Shown: positions 15,381 through 25,413, counted from the stretch's first letter. The stretch is 64,000 bases of DNA from Candidatus Latescibacterota bacterium (GCA_965203355.1 OZ241889.1:3904001-3968000), one strand, 5' to 3'. The notes: generated from the letters alone by a model not told the origin. Translations and numbers: made by a program.

Positions 15381-17951
15381 ATGCCTAATTCTGCTGTAAT
15401 CCACCGGGTTTTCGGGGTGGGGATTTTTGTGCTGACCCTGGGGATGTACGTGAAAACCCTCGCGCCGACCGTGTCGTTTTGGGACTGCGGCGAGTTTATC
15501 GCCACGTCCTATATCCTCGGCGTCCCCCATCCTCCGGGTGCTCCGTTGTACGTGCTGTTAGGGCGCGTCTTCACCTTGTTCCCCATCGGCGACGTAGCCA
15601 TTCGCGTCAATTTTATGTCCGCCCTGACCTCGGCACTGGCGATTTGGTGCGTCTATCTATCGACCGTCGCGCTGGGGCGGCGGGCCTTGGGCGGTCGGCC
15701 CCTGCAACCGCTGGGCGACGCGCGCGACATCGGCGTCCTCGCCGGTGGAGCCGTGGCCGCGCTGACGCTGGCGTTCTCCTACACGCAGTGGTACAATGCC
15801 TCCGAAGCCGAGGTGTACGGCTACTCCATTTTGTTCACGTGTCTGGGGCTGTGGCTGATCCTCTACTGGGAGGGCAGCGGTGCAGGCGCAGCCAACGACC
15901 GCTGGCTGTTGGTGCTGGCGTATTTGTTCGGCCTCGGCGGCGGCGTCCACCTGCTGTGTTTGTTGACGATTCCATCGCTCATGCTGTTGGCGTGGTTTGC
16001 CGACCGCCCGTTGCAACGGCTGATCCTGCTGCTGATTGGCTGGGGCGCAGTCGGTGGGCTGGGGCTGGTGATACTGGGTCCGGGGGCGCAGTCGAATGGG
16101 GTGATGGTGCTGGGGCTGGCCGGGCTGCTGGCGTACCTATACGGACAAGACCGGCGGCTGTTTGTCTTGCTGCTGGGCGTCCTCGTGCTGTTCGCGCTGG
16201 GCTATTCTACCTATGGCGCGCTGTACATCCGCTCCGGCCTGGATCCGGCCATTGACGAGAACGATCCAGAGACTTGGGCGGCCTTTTTGGCATTTCTCAA
16301 CCGCGAGCAATACGGCACTGAGAGCATGCTTACTACCATGCTGACGGCGCGGGCAAGCCGCACCTATCAGTTCTGGGACCTGCAGATGAAGTACTTCTTT
16401 CAGCAGTTCCCCTTTCCGCTGTTGGAGCGGGTTGAAGTGTTCCGCAAGGCCACCGTCAACCTGCCGGATCCCGTGTCCATTTCGCTGGTGCCGTACGGGC
16501 TGGGGCTGGGGGGGCTGTTGTGGCACTGCTACAAGGACTGGCGGCGATTCGCCGGGGTGTTGCTGTTGTTCTTGGTGATGGGGTTTGGGCTGTCGCTGTA
16601 CTTGAATATGCCCGATCCGCAGCCGCGCGAGCGGCACTACGTGTTCGGCGGGATGTACTTGGCCTTTGCGCTGTGGATCGGATTGGGCTGGCTGGGCATA
16701 GTCGAGGCGGTGCGGCAGCAGTGGGAAAAGCATCGGGCGGTCGTGCTAGCGGTGGCCGCGGCCGGGTTGCTGCTGCCAGCCGGTATCGCCGCGCAGCTCT
16801 ATCACGTGCAAGACCGCACCGGCGACTTTATCGCCTACGACTACGCGTACAACATGCTGGCCAGTTGCGACGAAGGCTCCATCCTGTTCACCAACGGGGA
16901 CAACGACACCTTTCCGCTGTGGTTCTTGCAAGAAGTGGAAGGATTGCGGCGCGATGTGCGGGTGGTCAACTTGAGCCTGTTGAACACCAACTGGTACATC
17001 AAACAACTGCGCGACCGCGAGCCGCGCGTCGACATCCGCTACACCGACGACTTCATCGACTCAGTGCTCACCGACACGCAGGCGGTTGATTTCTACAAGC
17101 GGTACTGGCCCGAGCCCAAGGTGCCGCCAGAGCTAAAGAAACTGGGAATCAACGTGGAAGTAAGCGCGCCTCCTGAGTACCCGATTCTCCGCGTCCAAGA
17201 CGTCATGGTCATCAAAATTTTGGCCTGGAACGAGTGGAAAAAACCCATCCACTTTGCCATCACCGTTCCCAGCAGCAACCTGCTCAACCTCGACCCCTAT
17301 CTGACGATGGTCGGCATGAGCGTAAAAGTCTCACCCGAACCTACAGACGGCGTCGATGAAGCGGCCTTAGAGCGCAATCTGCTCGAAAAATACCGCTTCC
17401 GCGGCCTCACCGATCCAGCCTTATACAAGGACGAAAACTCCGAGCGGCTCTTGGGCAACTACTGGGCTTGTGTCTTGCAACTGGCCCGCAGCTACGAGGC
17501 GCAAGGGCGCCGAGCCGAGGTACCGCAACTGATGCAGTGGGCACGCGACAACATCTACATAAGTTGGGAAAACCACTATGCAGCGGCCGATTACTTCAGC
17601 GAACTCGGCCAGCACGATATCGCAGTTGAGCATATTCACGACGCCGTGCTGTTATTCATTGAGCGCGTCAATGTTGATCCAGCCGCCACCTACGACAATA
17701 TCATCGCGCTGACCGGCCTGATGCTCCAAGAACCCTACTCGGCCTACGACCGCGCCGTGGACCTCTATCACCAAGCCATCGCCCTCGCGCCGCAACGCTG
17801 GGAGGCCTACTACGAGCTGGCTGCCGCCCTTCAAGCCAAGGGCGATGCGGCCGGAGCACTGGCCATTCTCCGGCAATACAAAGAGCAGTACGGCGAGCAG
17901 CCAGAGTTGGTTGAGGCCGAGCGCATCCTCCGCCAATCCACCGTTCCATGA
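15381..17951 (+). CDS. DUF2723 (TMEM260-like GT-C) membrane glycosyltransferase with a C-terminal TPR region
   Basis: SFWDCGEFIA...GVPHPPGAPLY, EAEVY, QPRERHY and FTNGDNDTFPLW motifs; many TM segments; TPR-like C-terminus. Confidence 0.85.
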   Translation: MPNSAVIHRVFGVGIFVLTLGMYVKTLAPTVSFWDCGEFIATSYILGVPHPPGAPLYVLLGRVFTLFPIGDVAIRVNFMSALTSALAIWCVYLSTVALGRRALGGRPLQPLGDARDIGVLAGGAVAALTLAFSYTQWYNASEAEVYGYSILFTCLGLWLILYWEGSGAGAANDRWLLVLAYLFGLGGGVHLLCLLTIPSLMLLAWFADRPLQRLILLLIGWGAVGGLGLVILGPGAQSNGVMVLGLAGLLAYLYGQDRRLFVLLLGVLVLFALGYSTYGALYIRSGLDPAIDENDPETWAAFLAFLNREQYGTESMLTTMLTARASRTYQFWDLQMKYFFQQFPFPLLERVEVFRKATVNLPDPVSISLVPYGLGLGGLLWHCYKDWRRFAGVLLLFLVMGFGLSLYLNMPDPQPRERHYVFGGMYLAFALWIGLGWLGIVEAVRQQWEKHRAVVLAVAAAGLLLPAGIAAQLYHVQDRTGDFIAYDYAYNMLASCDEGSILFTNGDNDTFPLWFLQEVEGLRRDVRVVNLSLLNTNWYIKQLRDREPRVDIRYTDDFIDSVLTDTQAVDFYKRYWPEPKVPPELKKLGINVEVSAPPEYPILRVQDVMVIKILAWNEWKKPIHFAITVPSSNLLNLDPYLTMVGMSVKVSPEPTDGVDEAALERNLLEKYRFRGLTDPALYKDENSERLLGNYWACVLQLARSYEAQGRRAEVPQLMQWARDNIYISWENHYAAADYFSELGQHDIAVEHIHDAVLLFIERVNVDPAATYDNIIALTGLMLQEPYSAYDRAVDLYHQAIALAPQRWEAYYELAAALQAKGDAAGALAILRQYKEQYGEQPELVEAERILRQSTVP

Positions 17952-18988
17952 CCGAGGCCGTCACCGTCGTTATACCGCACTACCGCGCCGATGTGCTCTA
18001 CGACTGCGTGGCCTCGGTTTATGCACACAGCAATGTACCAGTCTGTGTGCTCGTGGTTGACGACGGCGGCAACGCGCCTAGCTTGCAGCGGGCCAAAGCC
18101 GCCTTTCCCGCGCTAGCGGTCTTACCCAACGAGCGCAATCTCGGGTTTGCCGCCGCCTGCAATCGCGGCTTGGCAGCCGCCCACACCCGCTACGCCGTGC
18201 TGCTCAACGACGACACCCGCGTCGAGCCAGACTGGCTCGCTCCCCTTGTCGCCATGGCCGACAGCGATCCGCGAATTGCCGCCTGCCAGCCCAAGCTGCG
18301 CTCGGCCAGCGCGCCCGACCGCTTTGATTACGGCGGTGGAGCCGGCGGCTATATCGACGCTTTGGGCTACGCCTTTTGTCGGGGGCGGCTCTTCGACCAC
18401 TGCGAGCGCGACGAGGGCCAATACGACGCATCCGTGCCGCTGTTTTGGGCCTGCGGCGCAGCCCTTTTTCTTCGCGTCGCCGCCGCCCGCCAAGTCGGGT
18501 TTTTCGACCCCGATTACTTCATGCACTTTGAAGAAATCGACTTGTGCTGGCGTCTCCAACTCGCTGGCTACCAAATCCGCGCCGTGCCGCAATCCGTGGT
18601 CTTTCACCACTCGGGCTTTTCCCAGCCTCCGGCCACTTTCCGCAAGACGTACTTCAACCACCGCAACAGCCTCATCACACTGTGCAAAAACGGAGGGCTG
18701 CGCCGCCTGCTGTGGCTGCTGCCCGTGCGCCTATGGCTGGAAGTGGTGGCCGTGTTCTACTACCTTCGCCGAGGCCGATGGTCCAGTGCCTTGGCCCCTT
18801 GTGCGACCTTGCTTTGGTGCCTTGTGCATCCGCGCAACATCTACCGCCGCCGCCGCCAGAGCCAAGCCATCCGCTGCGCCGCGGTCGCGCACGACGGCGT
18901 CTATGCGGGCAGCATCCTCTACCAGTACTTTGCTCGCCGCGTCCAGCGCACCTCCGCGCTCGTGCCCGAGCCGGGCGCAGCCCAATGA
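17948..18988 (+). CDS. Glycosyltransferase family 2
   Basis: VVDDG, NLGFAAACNRG, LLNDD and FMHFEEIDLCWR motifs. Confidence 0.9.
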   Translation: MTEAVTVVIPHYRADVLYDCVASVYAHSNVPVCVLVVDDGGNAPSLQRAKAAFPALAVLPNERNLGFAAACNRGLAAAHTRYAVLLNDDTRVEPDWLAPLVAMADSDPRIAACQPKLRSASAPDRFDYGGGAGGYIDALGYAFCRGRLFDHCERDEGQYDASVPLFWACGAALFLRVAAARQVGFFDPDYFMHFEEIDLCWRLQLAGYQIRAVPQSVVFHHSGFSQPPATFRKTYFNHRNSLITLCKNGGLRRLLWLLPVRLWLEVVAVFYYLRRGRWSSALAPCATLLWCLVHPRNIYRRRRQSQAIRCAAVAHDGVYAGSILYQYFARRVQRTSALVPEPGAAQ

Positions 18989-20142
18989 GTCGCGTCGTCC
19001 TCGGCTGCGAACGCCTACTGGCGCAAGCTGGCTTGATCCGCGACCGGCGCGTTGGCCTGATCACCAATCACTCGGGGGTCGATGCGTGCTTACAGTCCAC
19101 CGCCGATCGCCTGCACCAGTCCGGTCTCTGTACGCTCGTCGCCTTGTACGGGCCAGAACACGGGATTCGCGGTGCCGCGCAGGACGGCGAACCCATCGCC
19201 CATTCCACCGACGAGCGCACTGGCGTACCAACCTACAGCCTCTACGGCCCGGTGCGCGCACCAGACGCGGCCATGCTCGCTGGTGTCGAGTTGATGCTCT
19301 TTGACATCCAAGACGTCGGCGCGCGCTTTTACACCTATCTCTACACCATGAGCCTGACCATGTCCGCTTGCGCCCAAGCGGGCATTCCCTTCGTCGTCCT
19401 CGACCGCCCCAATCCCATTGGCGGCCAAGCCATTGCTGGAAATTGCCTCGATCCAGCGTTTGCCTCTTTTGTCGGACAGTACCCAATTCCAGTGCGCTAC
19501 GGCCTGAGCATCGGCGAACTCGCTCGGCTCTTCAACGAGGAATACGGAATCGGCGCGGACCTGCACATCGTCGCTATGGAGGGCTGGCAACGCTCCTTTT
19601 ACTGGGAGGACACCGGCCTGCCGTGGGTGCCACCGTCGCCCAACATGCCCAGCCCAGAGACGGCCGTGATCTATCCGGGAACCTGCTTCTTTGAGGGAAC
19701 CAACATATCGGAAGGTCGGGGGACGGCCAAGCCTTTTGAGCAGTTCGGTGCGCCGTTTATCGACGGTGCGCGCCTAGCCGACACGCTCAACAGCCGCGCA
19801 CTGCCCGGGGTGGGCTTTCGCCCGGTGTTTTTTCAGCCGACGGCTAGCAAGTACGCGGGCGAAATCTGCGAAGGCGTCCAAGTCCACGCCCTCGACCGCG
19901 CGGCCTTCGAGCCGGTCGGAATTGGCTTTGAGGCACTCGCGGCCGTGCGTCGGCTTTATCCATGCGAATTCGCTTGGCGCGTACCGGCCGGCGGCATCCA
20001 CAACTTCGACCGCCTCGCCGGCACCGACCAGATCCGCCGCGCACTCGACGCGGGCGCAGAAGTTGCCGAGTTGCTCGCCGCTTGGGACGAGGCGTGCCAA
20101 GCCTTTGACGCTATCCGCCGCCGCTACTGGGCGTATCCTTAA
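18985..20142 (+). CDS. namZ: DUF1343 exo-beta-N-acetylmuramidase (NamZ family)
   Basis: GLITNHSG, GPEHGIRG, FDIQDVGARFYTY, LDRPNP and PSPNMP motifs; ATGA overlap with the upstream gene. Confidence 0.85.
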   Translation: MSRVVLGCERLLAQAGLIRDRRVGLITNHSGVDACLQSTADRLHQSGLCTLVALYGPEHGIRGAAQDGEPIAHSTDERTGVPTYSLYGPVRAPDAAMLAGVELMLFDIQDVGARFYTYLYTMSLTMSACAQAGIPFVVLDRPNPIGGQAIAGNCLDPAFASFVGQYPIPVRYGLSIGELARLFNEEYGIGADLHIVAMEGWQRSFYWEDTGLPWVPPSPNMPSPETAVIYPGTCFFEGTNISEGRGTAKPFEQFGAPFIDGARLADTLNSRALPGVGFRPVFFQPTASKYAGEICEGVQVHALDRAAFEPVGIGFEALAAVRRLYPCEFAWRVPAGGIHNFDRLAGTDQIRRALDAGAEVAELLAAWDEACQAFDAIRRRYWAYP

Positions 20143-20264
20143 TTACCCACTCGCAACAGACATCACCATGGGCTTGCAAGCGAATCCAGCGCTATGCGAC
20201 TGATGCTCTGCGACAACTCGCAGGCGGAGTGGGGCGGATATTCTATCAGGGGTCCGTCGACGAA

Positions 20265-21248
20265 TCAACACACCATGCCCCGCTTGGCGCGGATGCCGTG
20301 CGCGGGCGGATCGTCGCCGATCCAACGCTCATCTACTGGCTCGTGGGACCGCTGGTAGCGCGTATCGGCAGACAGGCGAATGCGGTCCGTCTGGTTGTCT
20401 GAGCTGGCGTGCAACAGGTACATGCAGAAGACCAGCAAATCTCCCATCTGGTATTCGGCCGTCAGCCAGCGGCCCTGTAGCTCATCGCGCACGGCAATCG
20501 CGTCGTGCGAGTAAGCCCCGGACGAGTTCCAGCGAATTTGTGCGCGTTCTTCTTGGGTCAGTTCGCGGCCCTGCTGCTGCGCGGCCTCGACGATTTGGCG
20601 CGCGGTGGGACCGTCGTTTTCGCAAAACGCATCCACATCGGTCTGGCCGTAGCCTTGTTTCAGCGCTTCGTTCTTGTGCGACCCCTCTAACACCATCAGC
20701 CCCCCCATCTCGCAGGGTACGTCGCTGAAAGGAGTCCACGACGTATAGAGCGCCTTGGTGCCTCGGCCCATATAGACAATGTCGCAGTGAGGAGTCGTCG
20801 CCGTGTGTGTGCCCGGCTGCTTGGCGCGAAACCAAGTGTAGTCGTAATGCCGAACCGGGCCGCCTAAGAAGAACTCGTAAAAATCCATCATCGGACCGTC
20901 GTAGAGGACCTTGTCCAGCGGCGGATTGTTGTGCGCTAAAACTGGCATAAAAGGGCCCGTGGCCGCCGAATTGATCGGCTTGCCCGTGGCCACTACGCCT
21001 TCTAGGGGCGGTCGCGCTGGGTCTAGCACCCCAGACTTGAAGAGCCGAGCGCACAATTCGGCCCGCGCTGCCAACACGTCGTGCCGATCCAAATACCCCG
21101 GCAAAAACAAATACCCATCTTCCACCATCCGCTCCCAGAGTGCGGCCCGATCGCCGACTATATCATCTGAGCGGCGGAGTTCGCCAACCTGATCCATGGC
21201 GATCGGCCTGCCGCTATACGTGAGCTGAGGTATGGTTGCCGTAATCAT
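20265..21248 (-). CDS. Phytanoyl-CoA dioxygenase family (Fe/2OG) protein
   Basis: HxD (PHCD), GGLMVLEGSH, GDLLVF...LLHAS and RLSADTRY motifs. Confidence 0.85.
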   Translation of the reverse strand: MITATIPQLTYSGRPIAMDQVGELRRSDDIVGDRAALWERMVEDGYLFLPGYLDRHDVLAARAELCARLFKSGVLDPARPPLEGVVATGKPINSAATGPFMPVLAHNNPPLDKVLYDGPMMDFYEFFLGGPVRHYDYTWFRAKQPGTHTATTPHCDIVYMGRGTKALYTSWTPFSDVPCEMGGLMVLEGSHKNEALKQGYGQTDVDAFCENDGPTARQIVEAAQQQGRELTQEERAQIRWNSSGAYSHDAIAVRDELQGRWLTAEYQMGDLLVFCMYLLHASSDNQTDRIRLSADTRYQRSHEPVDERWIGDDPPAHGIRAKRGMVC

Positions 21249-21401
21249 AGGTAGCCCTTTCTGGAGCTAAAATTACGCTGTTGGCCCTCATAAGCAAATG
21301 ACCACCCGGGCGGCGATTGACCTACAGAAGTTTACCCATTACATTAGAAAACCCCGTTTTGCCATCCCCATCATCCCCGTCCGCTTTTTGATCGAGAGAA
21401 C

Positions 21402-22532
21402 ATGTACCTTCGTTTGCTGTGCGTCGCCCTATGTTTGTCTTGTGTACCGCTGCAAGCCGCCGTCTTCGACCCCGGCCCAAAGCCACCGTATGCCGCTGCC
21501 ATCTTGCTCGAAGCCGAAAGCGGCACCGTCCTTTTTGCCCACCACCCAGATAGACAGCGCTCGCCGGCCAGTACCCAAAAGCTGGTTCTCGAACTCGTGG
21601 TCTTGGAATTGGCCAAAGCCGGCAAAATCTCGCTAGAAGACTCGGTCTCGGTCTCGCATCGCGCCGCGCGCACCGGCGGCTCTCAGGTTTTCTTGAAGCA
21701 AGGCGAAGTCTTTACCCTGAGGGAACTGATGGAGGCTGCGGCCATTGCCTCGGCCAACGATGCTTGCGTCGCCATTGCCGAGCACGTCAGCGGATCGACC
21801 GCCGGCTTTGTCAAGCTGATGAACGAGCGCATCCAAAGCCTCGGAATGCACAACACCCGGGTTGTCAATGTCCACGGCCTCGACGACACGCCACGTGGCC
21901 GGGGCAACCTAAGCACGGCCCACGACCTCTCCAAAATCGCCCGTGCGCTCATATTGGACCACCCGGAGGTCCTTCAATGGTCGTCCATCCGCCGCAAGCC
22001 TTTCCGCAACGGCAAGTTCATGCTCTACGCCACCAACAGGCTGCTAGGGCGGTTCCGGGGGCTTGACGGGCTAAAAACCGGCTATACGCGCCGCGCCGGC
22101 TCCTGCCTCGTTTCCACGGCCATGCGCCGCGATATGCGCCTAATCTCTGTGATCTTGGGGGCTTCCTCTGCGCGCGTTCGCAACCGCGAGACTCGCCGCC
22201 TGCTAACTTGGGGCTTTGATAATTTCTCGCGCGTACCCATCGTCGAAACCGGCGAGTTGATGGGCAAGGTCGCGCTCAACTGGGGCATAGAGCCAGAGGT
22301 GCGCGTCTTAGCCCAAGACACTATAATCGCCGTGCTTACCTCCGAACAGCAGCAGCGGCTCGTCCGCGACCTAGAGCTACCCGAGGCATGTACCGCACCG
22401 GTCGCTGCCGGAACTGAACTGGGCAAACTGCGAGTCTCGCTGGGCGACAGCCTACTGGCCGTGGTGCCCATCCACGCTGAAAAAAGCATCGACCGCATGG
22501 GGCTGTGGGACAAGCTAATGACGTATTTTTGA
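21402..22532 (+). CDS. dacA: D-alanyl-D-alanine carboxypeptidase (PBP5 family)
   Basis: Signal peptide; SxxK (ASTQK), SxN (SAND) and KTG motifs; PBP5 C-terminal domain. Confidence 0.9.
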   Translation: MYLRLLCVALCLSCVPLQAAVFDPGPKPPYAAAILLEAESGTVLFAHHPDRQRSPASTQKLVLELVVLELAKAGKISLEDSVSVSHRAARTGGSQVFLKQGEVFTLRELMEAAAIASANDACVAIAEHVSGSTAGFVKLMNERIQSLGMHNTRVVNVHGLDDTPRGRGNLSTAHDLSKIARALILDHPEVLQWSSIRRKPFRNGKFMLYATNRLLGRFRGLDGLKTGYTRRAGSCLVSTAMRRDMRLISVILGASSARVRNRETRRLLTWGFDNFSRVPIVETGELMGKVALNWGIEPEVRVLAQDTIIAVLTSEQQQRLVRDLELPEACTAPVAAGTELGKLRVSLGDSLLAVVPIHAEKSIDRMGLWDKLMTYF

Positions 22533-22538
22533 GCGCGG

Positions 22539-22967
22539 CTATTTGTGGTACCGTCCGCCGTTTAGAATGTCAAAGGACCGATACAAGGCTTCCAACAACA
22601 GCAGGCGCGCCAACTGGTGAGAAAAAGTCAGCGGCGACAGCGACCATCGCTCTTGTATGTGGGATTTTACCCCTGCTGGCATTCCTTCAGCCCCGCCTAT
22701 TACCAACACTAGGTGCGAACGGCTTTGGTTCATCAGCCGCTGGAGCCGTTGCGCCAACTGCTCAGAAGTAAACGGCTCTCCTTCCGCGTACAGCCCGACG
22801 ACATACGTCCCTTGCAATAGTTGGTCCGGTAGGTCGCCCCGCGCCTTGCCTCGGCAGAGCGCGACCCGTGCCTGCCGCGAGAGCCGCTTGATATATTCCT
22901 GCTCGGCAGTGGCTAGTGCTGCGTTGCGGTGTTTCTCGTAGGAGACAATGCTGATCTGCATCGGCAC
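22539..22967 (-). CDS. rlmH: 23S rRNA (pseudouridine1915-N3)-methyltransferase
   Basis: IGGAEG, SLSPLTFSHQLARLLLLEALYRS and terminal YHK. Confidence 0.9.
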   Translation of the reverse strand: MPMQISIVSYEKHRNAALATAEQEYIKRLSRQARVALCRGKARGDLPDQLLQGTYVVGLYAEGEPFTSEQLAQRLQRLMNQSRSHLVLVIGGAEGMPAGVKSHIQERWSLSPLTFSHQLARLLLLEALYRSFDILNGGRYHK

Positions 22968-24019
22968 TAGTAGTGATCGGGCGCAATCGACAGGGCCCGG
23001 TTCTCCAGCGGCAAGGATACCCGCGCTCCGCCTTGCCGATGCGACTCGACGATCGCGAAAATCAGCTCTTGGCTGCGACAGGCGAGCGGCAGATTGCCTT
23101 GAGTATCGCCGTCCTCGTCGAGTGCCCGAACGATGTCCTCCATCCCGCGCAGCGTACCGCTCTCAATGATAGCCTCGGGCGCATCCATTGGGCGCAATGC
23201 TCCGTGCTCGTCTTTCTTGCGCAGGCTATAACCTATCCCATTGCTCAGGGTGCGTAGCGTACCCTCGGTGCCGCTGATTTCAAATTCCCAGCCGGGCGCC
23301 CCTACCAGATAGGCGTGGATCCCGTTTTTGAATTTTGCGTATCCATTGCTTATCGGCGGATCTATGGTCAGCCGGTCGCCCGCCCAATCTGCGGCCTCGG
23401 CCTGTACCGTCCCTTGGGCGAATTCTGCCTCCGAGTCCAGCGCGAAAAAGAGCATCATGTCGGCCGCGTGCGTATGCCCCCATTGCGCCGCGCTGATCCC
23501 GCAGTTTGCCACGACCGCCTGTACCGCGCCGATCTCGCCGCGCTCGATCATGGAGCGCGCATTGCGATAGAGCGCGGCGTAACGCCGCTGCGTACCGTAG
23601 TTGAATTTGACGCCCCGCGGCATACAGGCTTGCAGCATGGCATCCATTTCGCGTACGGCGTTGCACAGCGACTTTTCGCAGTAGATGCCTTTGACGCCGG
23701 CTTCAGCGGCAAAAATCACCTGCTCGGCGTGCGGCCCCGGTCGGGTGGCAATGCTGACCACGTCGAGATTTTCGCGCTCGATCATTGCCCGGTAGTCGGC
23801 ATAGGCTCGCTGAGCACCGTAGCGGTCGCGGATGCGTTCGGCCTTCTCCGCGATCGGGTCGCAGACAGCGACCAATTCCATGCGCTCGCAGGCGACGATG
23901 GCAGCCGCGTGCGAATACGGCAGGTAGAGCCGGGCATGGGGGTGGCCTTTGACTTCGTCGTCAATAGTGGCACCCATGCGCCCGCAGCCGATGAGTCCAA
24001 CTCGGTAGGTAGAGGGCAT
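22967..24019 (-). CDS. Gfo/Idh/MocA family oxidoreductase
   Basis: GLIGCGRMG and IYCEK motifs. Confidence 0.85.
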   Translation of the reverse strand: MPSTYRVGLIGCGRMGATIDDEVKGHPHARLYLPYSHAAAIVACERMELVAVCDPIAEKAERIRDRYGAQRAYADYRAMIERENLDVVSIATRPGPHAEQVIFAAEAGVKGIYCEKSLCNAVREMDAMLQACMPRGVKFNYGTQRRYAALYRNARSMIERGEIGAVQAVVANCGISAAQWGHTHAADMMLFFALDSEAEFAQGTVQAEAADWAGDRLTIDPPISNGYAKFKNGIHAYLVGAPGWEFEISGTEGTLRTLSNGIGYSLRKKDEHGALRPMDAPEAIIESGTLRGMEDIVRALDEDGDTQGNLPLACRSQELIFAIVESHRQGGARVSLPLENRALSIAPDHY

Positions 24020-24035
24020 TGTGCTCTCCTTTCTG

Positions 24036-24248
24036 GGTAGTGGATCGCTTTTTGTCTCTTTATTAAAGAGCTAGAATTTTCAAAGCGACCGACTACCAAT
24101 AAGAAAAAGTGGCGGCGGACGCTATTGAAAATTCGATCATGGTACATTTTGCAATCTCCAATTGTCGCGGTGCGGTTGAGGTCGGGCTTGGGGTTGAACC
24201 GGGGCGATCCAACGGGAGTAAAGCTAAATTTCAAACTGTACCACTACC
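24036..24248 (-). mobile_element. MITE-like element, copy 2 (extended, with a possible 8-bp target duplication)
   Basis: Core 24135-24248 resembles the inverted 15121-15239 element. Outer ends GGTAGTGG (24036) and CCACTACC (24248) are flanked by CCTTTCTG and CCTTTCGG. Confidence 0.65.
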
Positions 24249-24263
24249 CCTTTCGGCGCAATC

Positions 24264-24292
24264 TTGACGCAGTTTGTACGCTGGGATATATT
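24264..24292 (+). promoter_or_regulatory. Sigma70 promoter of tRNA-Val(GAC)
   Basis: TTGACG-17 bp-TATATT, 25 bp upstream of the tRNA. Confidence 0.7.
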
Positions 24293-24317
24293 AATCGTTT
24301 GCAATTAGGCAACACGA

Positions 24318-24394
24318 GGGCGATTAGCTCAGCTGGCTAGAGCGCCTGCTTGACATGCAGGAGGTCACTAGTTCAAGTCTAGTATCGCCCACCA
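24318..24394 (+). tRNA. tRNA-Val (anticodon GAC)
   Basis: 77-nt cloverleaf; anticodon arm CCTGC-TTGACAT-GCAGG; GTTCAA T-loop; encoded CCA. Confidence 0.95.
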
Positions 24395-24400
24395 TCTTCT

Positions 24401-24430
24401 AAGCCCCTGATTTTTCAGGGGCTTTTTTTT
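24401..24430 (+). terminator. Rho-independent terminator
   Basis: AAGCCCCTGA / TCAGGGGCTT hairpin followed by a T-run. Confidence 0.85.
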
Positions 24431-24460
24431 ATGGGAATTATATTCCAAGCGCGCCAACTA

Positions 24461-24607
24461 AGAAGCCTTTTTAAGATTATTCTTATTGTTTTTTGAGCCT
24501 CCAAAAAAGCCTGGTAGTACTGGAGTCTCGCCCGCGGAAAACGCCCGATCGAGGAACCGCTCGACCGCCCGTTGAAGTAGTCCGACGAGAATTTTAAAAA
24601 CGCTTCT
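24461..24607. mobile_element. 147-bp MITE with 18-bp TIRs and a TA target duplication (IS5/IS630-like)
   Basis: AGAAGCCTTTTTAAGATT versus the reverse complement AGAAGCGTTTTTAAAATT (16/18 match), flanked by c-TA ... TA-g, so the empty site would be CTAG. Confidence 0.7.
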
Positions 24608-24852
24608 TAGGAGAAATAGGCGGGAGTGCCGATAAAGGCTATTGACCAGCCTCCAGCGTCCTCACGCATCGCCGATACGCCCGGCCAAGTTCTCCTGCTG
24701 GACCGAGTTGCGCGGCACGGCTATCGGGAACAAGTAGCGGATTACACATCTGGCCAGCATCAGCTTGGAGACCCCTTCTGTGCGGCGATCGATTTCGTCC
24801 AGCCCGATCTCGCAGAGCCTCCGGCGCGGAAATCCCCGCGCTTTCGCAATCA

Positions 24853-25407
24853 TCAGGGCTTGGCGAGCCTGAAAGACGCGAAAAATCGCTCGATGTCGGC
24901 GGAATCGTCAAACGCGGACGGTGCTCCGACCACCATCAAGCTATAGAGCCGCTGGTCCACTTGTAGGCTCTGCACTCGCAACAGGCTTTGGTCGGCAGCT
25001 TGTATCTGCGTCTGCCAAGCGGGGTACCCGTCTATCTCAATGGCGACCTCCGACCGGATCGTCCCCTGCACCTTCTGCAAGATGGCATCCCGACGTGCAG
25101 CGATCGCGCTATCGGCTTGGACGGCCTCGGGCACATCTCCGTAGGCAATGGCGTACTGCACGTCGGCGCGTTCGAACATCAGGTACTGGAACTCTACCTC
25201 GCCAAAGGACAACGGCTCGCGCAGCTTGCGCAGATTGGGCCGACCGGCTGTCTGCACTGCGAAAGCTCCTTGCTCGTGGAGCCGCTCCTCCCATTCCGGC
25301 TCGCCGCGCACCCAATTGACCACATTGTAGGCGACAATAGCCCCGAGCACGACGAAGAACAGCTTGACGGACCACAGGTCCGTTTTGGTCTTAGGTTCTC
25401 GGCCCAT
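24853..25407 (-). CDS. Hypothetical membrane-anchored protein
   Basis: N-terminal TM helix and a soluble domain ending ERFFASFRL; lies in an operon with the upstream genes. Confidence 0.7.
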   Translation of the reverse strand: MGREPKTKTDLWSVKLFFVVLGAIVAYNVVNWVRGEPEWEERLHEQGAFAVQTAGRPNLRKLREPLSFGEVEFQYLMFERADVQYAIAYGDVPEAVQADSAIAARRDAILQKVQGTIRSEVAIEIDGYPAWQTQIQAADQSLLRVQSLQVDQRLYSLMVVGAPSAFDDSADIERFFASFRLAKP

Positions 25408-25413
25408 TTTGGC

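Noticed and set aside
24662-24853. 63-aa minus-strand ORF coupled by TGATG to the upstream gene
   Set aside because: No recognisable motif. It may be a gene remnant, but it cannot be supported as a gene.
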